A stretch of DNA of 64,000 nucleotides from Pseudomonas sp. GTDB lineage: Bacteria; Pseudomonadota; Gammaproteobacteria; Pseudomonadales; Pseudomonadaceae. Positions 57,726 to 64,000 of the stretch are shown here, in pieces. The stretch's first letter is position 1. Each line of letters begins with the position of its first letter. The stretch spans positions 3,136 through 67,135 of the forward strand of contig JBLWZG010000008.1 in assembly GCA_048266525.1 (NCBI GenBank), in the 5' to 3' direction. The notes beneath the pieces were generated by a model that saw nothing but the letters and a program-made list of their open reading frames with translations, made no database searches and was not told the DNA's origin. The translations under genes and the position numbers were made by a program.

Positions 57726-57843
57726 CTAGCGCCGTACAGGTCTTGTACGGTGTGCTCCCATTCGATCAAAAAAGCCTTGTTTTCCACAAACAGGAGATCG
57801 ACAGCATGCAGATGGAAGCATTTTTTGCAGGGGCAGAATCAAT

Positions 57844-58506
57844 ATGTTTACTGGAATAATCGAAGCCGTTGGCAGCATTCGCAGCTTATCGCCCAAAGGC
57901 GGTGATGTGCGTGTGCGCGTGGCGACAGGCAAGTTGGATTTATCCGACGTCAAACTTGGCGACAGTATTGCGGTAAATGGTGTGTGTTTGACTGCGGTTG
58001 AGTTACCAGGCGATGGTTTTTGCGCTGATGTCAGCCGCGAAACCTTAGCGCGCAGTGCCTTTATTAACTTAAAGAACGGCAGTCAGGTCAATCTAGAGAA
58101 AGCCTTATTACCGACCACACGCCTTGGCGGGCATTTGGTCAGTGGTCATGTTGATGGGGTGGGTGAAGTCATTTCTCGGCAAGACAACGCCCGCGCGGTG
58201 CAATTTTGGATTCGTGCACCTAAGCAGTTGGCGCGCTATATCGCGATGAAAGGCTCAATTACCGTAGATGGCACCAGCCTGACGGTGAATGGGGTGAACG
58301 GCAGTGAGTTTGAGTTGACCATCGTGCCGCACACCTTGCAAGAAACCATCATGGCGGATTATCAAGCGGGCAGCTTGGTCAATCTAGAGATTGATTTGAT
58401 TGCACGCTACCTCGAGCGCCTGTTGCAGGGCGAGCACGCCGCAGAACCAACCAGCACAGCTATTACTGCAGGCTTTTTAGCCGAGCATGGCTTTATGCGC
58501 TCTTAA
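57844..58506 (+). CDS. ribE: Riboflavin synthase (alpha chain)
   Basis: Begins MFTGIIEAVG and has an internal duplication (GDSIAVNGVCLT / GSITVDGTSLTV). Confidence 0.95.
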   Translation: MFTGIIEAVGSIRSLSPKGGDVRVRVATGKLDLSDVKLGDSIAVNGVCLTAVELPGDGFCADVSRETLARSAFINLKNGSQVNLEKALLPTTRLGGHLVSGHVDGVGEVISRQDNARAVQFWIRAPKQLARYIAMKGSITVDGTSLTVNGVNGSEFELTIVPHTLQETIMADYQAGSLVNLEIDLIARYLERLLQGEHAAEPTSTAITAGFLAEHGFMRS

Positions 58507-58521
58507 TTGAAGGGTTATCCC

Positions 58522-59628
58522 ATGTCATTGAACAGCATTGAAGAAATTGTTGCCGATATTCGTGCCGGCAAAATGGTCATCCTAATGGATGACGAAGATC
58601 GTGAAAATGAAGGTGATTTAATCATCGCCTCTGAGTGCGTTACCGCTGAACATATTAATTTTATGGCTAAATATGCGCGTGGCTTGATTTGTATGCCGAT
58701 GAGCGTGGAGCGCTGCGAACGTTTGGGTTTGCCGCTGATGGCGCAACATAACGGTTCAGGCTTTGGCACCAAGTTCACCGTTTCGATTGAAGCGGCTGAA
58801 GGCGTGACCACGGGTATTTCTGCAGCCGACCGCGCGCGCACTGTGCTAGCAGCTGCAGCGAAAACCGCCAAAGCGAAAGATATCGTCAGCCCAGGGCATA
58901 TTTTCCCCTTGATGGCGCAAGCAGGCGGTGTTTTGGCGCGTGCTGGGCATACCGAAGCGGCCTGTGATTTGGCGCGTCTGGGTGGCTTTGAGCCAACGGG
59001 CGTGATCTGCGAGATCATGAATGACGATGGCACCATGGCGCGTCGTCCTGAGCTCGAAGTGTTTGCAGAAGAGCACGGGATTAAAATTGGCACCATTGCT
59101 GATTTAATTCACTACCGCATGATTCATGAGCGCACCATTGAGCGCGTGTCTGAGCAAGCGCTGGATAGCGAATTGGGTCAATTTAAATTGGTCACCTACC
59201 GCGAATCAAACCTTGGTGATGTCCATTTGGCGCTGACTTTAGGTACTATTACACCTGAACAACCAACCCTAGTGCGGGTGCACAATATGGACCCATTGCG
59301 CGACTTATTTATGGTCAAGCAAGACGGCCGTTGGAGTTTGCGTGCCGCGATGGCAGAAGTGGCCAAAGCCGGCAGCGGCGTGGTGTTATTGCTTGGCAAT
59401 CAAATGACCGGTTCCAGCTTATTAGCGCATCTTGAGCGCCAATTGGGCGCAGATGGCGACGCAAAAGCTACAAAAACCTCTGGCACCTATAGCACTGTCG
59501 GTGCCGGTTCACAGATTTTACGCGATTTGGGAGTACGCAAAATGCGCTTATTAAGTGCACCAATGCGTTTCAATGCCATATCCGGATTTGATCTAGAAGT
59601 TGTAGAATACCTGCAACCGCAGGATTAA
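58522..59628 (+). CDS. ribBA: 3,4-dihydroxy-2-butanone-4-phosphate synthase fused to a GTP cyclohydrolase II-like domain
   Basis: Motifs DDEDRENEGDLI and GHTEAACDLARL. A C-terminal domain of about 160 aa follows. The start is ATG 58522. Confidence 0.9.
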   Translation: MSLNSIEEIVADIRAGKMVILMDDEDRENEGDLIIASECVTAEHINFMAKYARGLICMPMSVERCERLGLPLMAQHNGSGFGTKFTVSIEAAEGVTTGISAADRARTVLAAAAKTAKAKDIVSPGHIFPLMAQAGGVLARAGHTEAACDLARLGGFEPTGVICEIMNDDGTMARRPELEVFAEEHGIKIGTIADLIHYRMIHERTIERVSEQALDSELGQFKLVTYRESNLGDVHLALTLGTITPEQPTLVRVHNMDPLRDLFMVKQDGRWSLRAAMAEVAKAGSGVVLLLGNQMTGSSLLAHLERQLGADGDAKATKTSGTYSTVGAGSQILRDLGVRKMRLLSAPMRFNAISGFDLEVVEYLQPQD

Positions 59629-59686
59629 CTGTTACTGGAGCAGCAGATGTTGCTGCTCCTTCGCTCTTTATTAGGATGGGAAGAAC

Positions 59687-60163
59687 ATGACCTTGAAGAC
59701 AATCGAAGGTACCTTTATTGCCCCACAAGGCACATTTGCGCTGGTTGTTGGCCGTTTTAACAGCTTTGTTGTTGAAAGTTTGGTTGAAGGTGCAATTGAT
59801 ACATTAGTGCGCCACGGTGTGAGCAAAGACTCAATTACCGTGATCCGTGCACCGGGTGCTTTTGAACTGCCTTTAGTGGCGCAGAAAGTTGCTGAGCGTA
59901 AAGAATACGCGGCAATTATTGCCTTAGGTGCAGTGATTCGTGGCGGCACGCCGCATTTTGAATATGTGTCAGGCGAATGCACTAAAGGTTTGGCGCAAGT
60001 CTCCATGCAGTTTGGTGTGCCAGTGGCTTTTGGTGTACTGACCGTTGACTCGATTGAACAAGCCATTGAACGTTCTGGTACTAAAGCCGGTAACAAAGGT
60101 GTAGAAGCAGCGTTGTCGGCGCTGGAAATGGTCAGTCTGCTCGCGCAGCTGGAGGCCAAGTGA
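59687..60163 (+). CDS. ribH: 6,7-dimethyl-8-ribityllumazine synthase
   Basis: 158-aa ORF recognised as RibH ([13 protein letters not shown]...GAFELP...[16 protein letters not shown]). Confidence 0.95.
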   Translation: MTLKTIEGTFIAPQGTFALVVGRFNSFVVESLVEGAIDTLVRHGVSKDSITVIRAPGAFELPLVAQKVAERKEYAAIIALGAVIRGGTPHFEYVSGECTKGLAQVSMQFGVPVAFGVLTVDSIEQAIERSGTKAGNKGVEAALSALEMVSLLAQLEAK

Positions 60164-60654
60164 GTTTAAATAACGACGACTGTCACGATAACCCACCGCC
60201 GCGTGCAAAAGGACGCATTGCCATGCGTCGCGTTGCCCGTACTTTGGCGATGCAAGCCTTGTATCAATGGCATGTAGCTGGACAAAATCTCAATGAAATC
60301 GAAGCGCAGTTTCGAGTCGATAATGACTTTGCTGGCGTCGATGGTGCGTACTTCAATGAGATTCTACGCGGTGTTCCTGGTAAAAAAAGTGAAATTGATG
60401 CCTTAATTGAACCGTTTCTCGATCGCCCAATGAGCGAGCTGGATCCGGTTGAATGGGCAATCTTACGCTTAGCGACTTGGGAGCTGGGTAACCGTATTGA
60501 TGTGCCATACCGTGTGGTGATCAATGAAGGCATTGAGTTGGCAAAGGTGTTTGGCGCAACCGATGGCCACAAGTATGTCAATGGCGTACTGGATAAGCTG
60601 GCGCTGCGTTTACGTGGTGCAGAAATCCGTGACGCAAAACTCAACAAACAATAA
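60160..60654 (+). CDS. nusB: Transcription antitermination factor NusB
   Basis: Motifs [12 protein letters not shown] and [16 protein letters not shown]. The GTG start overlaps the ribH stop. Confidence 0.9.
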   Translation: MSLNNDDCHDNPPPRAKGRIAMRRVARTLAMQALYQWHVAGQNLNEIEAQFRVDNDFAGVDGAYFNEILRGVPGKKSEIDALIEPFLDRPMSELDPVEWAILRLATWELGNRIDVPYRVVINEGIELAKVFGATDGHKYVNGVLDKLALRLRGAEIRDAKLNKQ

Positions 60655-60696
60655 TCTTTGGCACGCTCGCCGAAGTTTAATGGTGGGCGTGGCTCG

Positions 60697-61668
60697 ATGA
60701 ATGAGTTTGAGTTGATTCAACATTTTTTCACCCGCTCTGCCTGTGCGCAGGGCGGTGAAAATATCTTCTTAGGCATTGGCGACGACTGTGCCTTACTGCA
60801 GATTCCTGAAGGTCATTACTGCGCTGTATCTACCGATAGCTTAGTTAGTGGTGTTCATTTTCCTAAAGATTCACCTTCCTTTTTGCTGGGCCAGCGCGCC
60901 TTAGCTGTCGCGGTTAGCGATTTGGCGGCAATGGGGGCCAAGCCGATTGGCTTTACCCTCGCTATCACCCTTGAACAGATTGACTCGCCCTGGTTGCAGG
61001 CCTTCAGTGAAGGTTTGAGTGCCATGGCACAACACTGTGCGATTGCTTTAATCGGTGGCGACACCACGCGCGGGCCCTTATCGATGACGGTCACAGTGAT
61101 GGGCGCAGTGCCGGCCAAGCATGCCTTGCTGCGTTCTGGCGCACAAGTGGGTGATCTGCTGTGTGTCAGTGGGCCCTTGGGCGCAGCGGCAGCTGCCTTG
61201 CCTTTAGTGCTCGGACAAGTGACGGCTAACGCTGTGCCTGCAGAAGTTCAGCAGCAACTCTTGGCAGCCTATTGGACGCCACAGCCGCAATTAGAACTGG
61301 GACAGTGGTTGCTGGGCAAAGCCAGTGCTGCGCTGGATATTTCCGATGGTTTATTGGCCGATTGTGGACACATTGCTAAAGCCTCGAACGTCGCTTTGCA
61401 GATTGAGCAGGCGCGGGTGCCTGTTGCTGAAGCCGCGCAGATGATTGCCGGTGATGTTGATGCGCTGCAATGTGCGCTAAGCGGTGGCGATGACTATCAG
61501 TTAGCCTTTACTATTGCCGCGTCATACCTTGAGTCACTGCAACAGCAGTTTGCTGATGTGCGGGTGATTGGCCAGGTCTGTGCCGGGCAAGGTGTGCAAT
61601 TGCTCGATAGCACAGGGCAATCAATCAAGAGCGCGCATCTTGGCTATCAGCATTTTCAACAAGGATAA
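60697..61668 (+). CDS. thiL: Thiamine-monophosphate kinase
   Basis: Begins MNEFELIQHFF and contains GIGDDCALL and ALIGGDTTRG. Confidence 0.9.
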   Translation: MNEFELIQHFFTRSACAQGGENIFLGIGDDCALLQIPEGHYCAVSTDSLVSGVHFPKDSPSFLLGQRALAVAVSDLAAMGAKPIGFTLAITLEQIDSPWLQAFSEGLSAMAQHCAIALIGGDTTRGPLSMTVTVMGAVPAKHALLRSGAQVGDLLCVSGPLGAAAAALPLVLGQVTANAVPAEVQQQLLAAYWTPQPQLELGQWLLGKASAALDISDGLLADCGHIAKASNVALQIEQARVPVAEAAQMIAGDVDALQCALSGGDDYQLAFTIAASYLESLQQQFADVRVIGQVCAGQGVQLLDSTGQSIKSAHLGYQHFQQG

Positions 61669-61676
61669 AACAACAC

Positions 61677-62147
61677 ATGCACAGCCCTAACGTATGGCGC
61701 AATTTCTGGCATTTTCTCGCCTTTGGCTTGGGCTCAGGTTTAGCGAAAAAAGCCCCTGGTACTTGGGGAACCTTAGTCGGTTTAGCCTTTGTACCTGTGC
61801 TGCACATGCTGCCATTATGGTTGGCGCTGCTATTGATTGCCGCAGCCGGCGTATTTGGCGTGTGGTTGTGCGGCCGTGTGGCGAGTGATCTTGGCGTGCA
61901 TGATCATGGTGGGATTGTTTGGGATGAGTTTGTCGGGATCTGGATCACCTTGATTTTTTTACCCAATACTTGGCTGTGGTTGCTGCTGGGTTTTGTGGTT
62001 TTTCGCGTGCTCGATATTGCTAAGCCTTGGCCGATTTCAGTGTTAGATCGCAACGTCGGTGGCGGCTTTGGCATTATGATTGATGACATATTGGCTGGGG
62101 TGATTGCCGCTGGCGTGTTGTACGCGGCTTGGTTTTTTACCTTGTAA
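61677..62147 (+). CDS. pgpA: Phosphatidylglycerophosphatase A
   Basis: Motifs GLGSGLAKKAPGTWGTL and DHGGIVWDEFVG. Confidence 0.9.
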   Translation: MHSPNVWRNFWHFLAFGLGSGLAKKAPGTWGTLVGLAFVPVLHMLPLWLALLLIAAAGVFGVWLCGRVASDLGVHDHGGIVWDEFVGIWITLIFLPNTWLWLLLGFVVFRVLDIAKPWPISVLDRNVGGGFGIMIDDILAGVIAAGVLYAAWFFTL

Positions 62148-62175
62148 GCATGGTCTATCTTGGGGGGAGAGAAGA

Positions 62176-62826
62176 ATGGGTTTTTTTCGGTTGCTGATGG
62201 GTGTGTGTTTGCTGGCTGGCAGTATGCTGGCTGGCGCACAGCCCTCTGTACGCGTGGTGGGCTTGTTTCCTAATGCGGCGCTGTTGAACATTGATGGCCA
62301 GCGTACATTGGTTAAAGCAGGGAAAACTGGGCCGCAAGGTGTCACCGTGGTCAGCGCCGATAGCCGTTCTGCGGTACTGCAGATTGATGGGGTGCAAAGT
62401 ACCCATACTTTGAGCCGTGATTACGGTAATGGTGGCTTTGCTGAACCTGGCAAACGCCGCTTAACCATCTCCAAAGGGGTGGCTGGGCATTATTGGGTGA
62501 CCGGATTGGTCAACGGCAATACCGTTCCCTTTATGGTGGATACCGGTGCCACGACCATTGCGATGAACGCAACGCAAGCGCAACGCTTAGGTATTGATTT
62601 TAAAAATAGTGGTAATCCAGTGCGAGTCAGTACGGCCAGCGGCACCGAAATGGCCTGGCGGGTCTATTTAAACAGCGTCAAGCTCGGCAGTATCGAAGTG
62701 CTGGGCGTTGATGCCATGGTGCTGGACGGTGAGTTTCCGCGTGATGTGCTGTTGGGTATGAGTTTTCTCAGTCGGGTCAGCTGGCGCGAAGAGCAGGGCG
62801 CGCTGATTGTTGAGGCAAAACACTAA
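62176..62826 (+). CDS. Retropepsin-like (clan AA) aspartic protease, membrane-anchored or secreted
   Basis: ATG follows a GGGGAGAGAAG RBS. An N-terminal hydrophobic segment is present, and the active-site motif is FMVDTGATTIAMN. Confidence 0.75.
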   Translation: MGFFRLLMGVCLLAGSMLAGAQPSVRVVGLFPNAALLNIDGQRTLVKAGKTGPQGVTVVSADSRSAVLQIDGVQSTHTLSRDYGNGGFAEPGKRRLTISKGVAGHYWVTGLVNGNTVPFMVDTGATTIAMNATQAQRLGIDFKNSGNPVRVSTASGTEMAWRVYLNSVKLGSIEVLGVDAMVLDGEFPRDVLLGMSFLSRVSWREEQGALIVEAKH

Positions 62827-62937
62827 GCGGTGCAGGGTTTTGCCACGCATCAGCGAGATGTACGACTGCTGGGCAATTTTTCTTCTGCGGTAGATCAGTT
62901 ACTATTGTTTTTTTGTTGTTATAGGCGATCAATCTAA

Positions 62938-63402
62938 ATGTATTGTCCTTTTTGTGGTGCCAATGATACCAAGGTGATTGACTCACGCTTAGTGGCCAAT
63001 GGCGATCAAGTGCGCCGTCGCCGTGAATGTTTGATTTGCGAAGAGCGCTTCACTACCTTTGAAACCGCTGAGTTGGTGTTGCCGCGTTTAATTAAGCAAG
63101 ACGGCAGTCGCCAACCTTTTGATGAAGAAAAATTTCGCGCTGGAATGCTGCGCGCCCTAGAAAAACGCCCGGTCAGTTTGGAGCGTTTGGAAGAGGCGGT
63201 GGCCAACATCAAACGTAAACTGCGTGCCAATGGTGAGCGTGAAGTGAAAACCTTGGTGGTCGGTGAGCTGGTAATGAACGAGCTGAAAAAACTTGATGAA
63301 GTGGCTTACATCCGTTTTGCGTCGGTTTATCGTCGCTTTCAAGATTTAAACGAGTTCCGTAAAGAAATCGATCTGATGGCCAGCGGCCAAGACGAAGAAT
63401 GA
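62938..63402 (+). CDS. nrdR: Transcriptional repressor NrdR
   Basis: Zinc ribbon MYCPFCG...[14 protein letters not shown] followed by an ATP-cone. Confidence 0.95.
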   Translation: MYCPFCGANDTKVIDSRLVANGDQVRRRRECLICEERFTTFETAELVLPRLIKQDGSRQPFDEEKFRAGMLRALEKRPVSLERLEEAVANIKRKLRANGEREVKTLVVGELVMNELKKLDEVAYIRFASVYRRFQDLNEFRKEIDLMASGQDEE

Positions 63403-64000
63403 TCGATCAAGCCTATATGGCGCAGGCCTTGCGTCTAGCCGAGCAAGGTTTGTACAGCACCCATCCTAATCCGCGGGTCGGATGTGTGCTGGTTGCTGAC
63501 CAGCAGGTAGTGGGCGAAGGCTGGCATGTGCGTGCCGGTGAGGCGCACGCAGAAGTACACGCCTTGCGTCAAGCCGGTGCTTTAGCGCAGGGCGCTACCG
63601 CCTATGTCACTTTGGAACCGTGCAGTCATCATGGCCGTACACCGCCTTGCGCAGAAGCATTGGCGCAGTCCGGGGTGGCGCGCCTGGTGGTGGCCATGCA
63701 AGACCCCAATCCGCAAGTGGCTGGCCGCGGCATTGCTTATTTGCGAGAGCAAGGCATTCAGGTTGATCTCATGACGGGCGAGCTGGCCGCTGCTGCGCGC
63801 GCCTTAAATTGTGGTTTTGTCAAACGCATGGAAAGCGGCTTACCTTTTGTACGGGTAAAGCTGGCGATGAGCTTGGATGGGCGCAGCGCCATGGCCAGCG
63901 GTGAAAGTCAATGGATTACCGGGCCTGCGGCAAGAGCTGATGTGCAATGTTTGCGCGCCCGCTCCAGCGCTATTTTGACCGGCGCGGAAACGGTGTTGAC
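63399..64000 (+). CDS. ribD: Riboflavin biosynthesis deaminase/reductase RibD, 3' end cut by window edge
   Basis: ATG forms an ATGA overlap with the nrdR stop. Hand translation gives [32 protein letters not shown]...HAEVHAL...[11 protein letters not shown]. The frame stays open to the window end and the ORF is absent from the track. Confidence 0.9.
   Translation, partial: MIDQAYMAQALRLAEQGLYSTHPNPRVGCVLVADQQVVGEGWHVRAGEAHAEVHALRQAGALAQGATAYVTLEPCSHHGRTPPCAEALAQSGVARLVVAMQDPNPQVAGRGIAYLREQGIQVDLMTGELAAAARALNCGFVKRMESGLPFVRVKLAMSLDGRSAMASGESQWITGPAARADVQCLRARSSAILTGAETVL

Noticed and set aside
58515-60159. 193-aa and 162-aa minus-strand ORFs antisense to ribBA and ribH
   Set aside because: The plus-strand genes are unambiguous riboflavin enzymes. 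The antisense translations are low-complexity.

Overview
This is a chromosomal segment of about 50% GC from a gammaproteobacterium. Gene content and order match the Pseudomonas ped/exa-pqq-erc alcohol-oxidation regulon. All product calls rest on motif and family recognition by eye, because no database search was possible.

Layout:
- (1) 1-13.8 kb: a co-directional, largely translationally coupled locus of 10 genes. It starts with srfB (5' truncated) and srfC. It continues into a bitopic Sel1-like protein, a secreted vWA protein, a MacB/Lol-type ABC ATPase plus FtsX permease, a secreted FGE-sulfatase-fold protein without the catalytic Cys pair, two coiled-coil lipoproteins and a membrane-anchored vWA protein.
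- (2) 13.9-18.0 kb, minus strand: a second, non-canonical pqq-like operon. It comprises an untracked 24-aa PqqA-like peptide, PqqD-like, PqqE-like radical SAM/SPASM, an untracked 33-aa TM micro-ORF, a His-rich 4-TM protein, a SerC-like aminotransferase and a degenerate DHODH-fold protein. There is no pqqB or pqqC partner. This is the best candidate for an undescribed cofactor or RiPP pathway.
- (3) 19-57 kb: pqqF, a porin, FIST plus hybrid kinase, erbR-like regulator, pedA1A2BC, pedS2/R2, a pentapeptide protein, Ca-type PedE/ExaA, cytochrome c550, quinoprotein relay proteins, Ln-type PedH, aldehyde dehydrogenase, canonical pqqABCDE plus S9 peptidase, Fe-ADH plus a second hybrid kinase, LysR and an isochorismatase-family protein.
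- (4) 57-64 kb: an FMN riboswitch followed by ribE-ribBA-ribH-nusB-thiL-pgpA, a retropepsin-like protease, nrdR and ribD (3' truncated).

I found no rRNA, tRNA, CRISPR array, integrase or transposase. Non-coding items of note are a 5 x 59-bp hairpin (REP-like) tandem array at 27.1-27.4 kb, small tandem repeats at 44.7 kb, and several rho-independent terminators.
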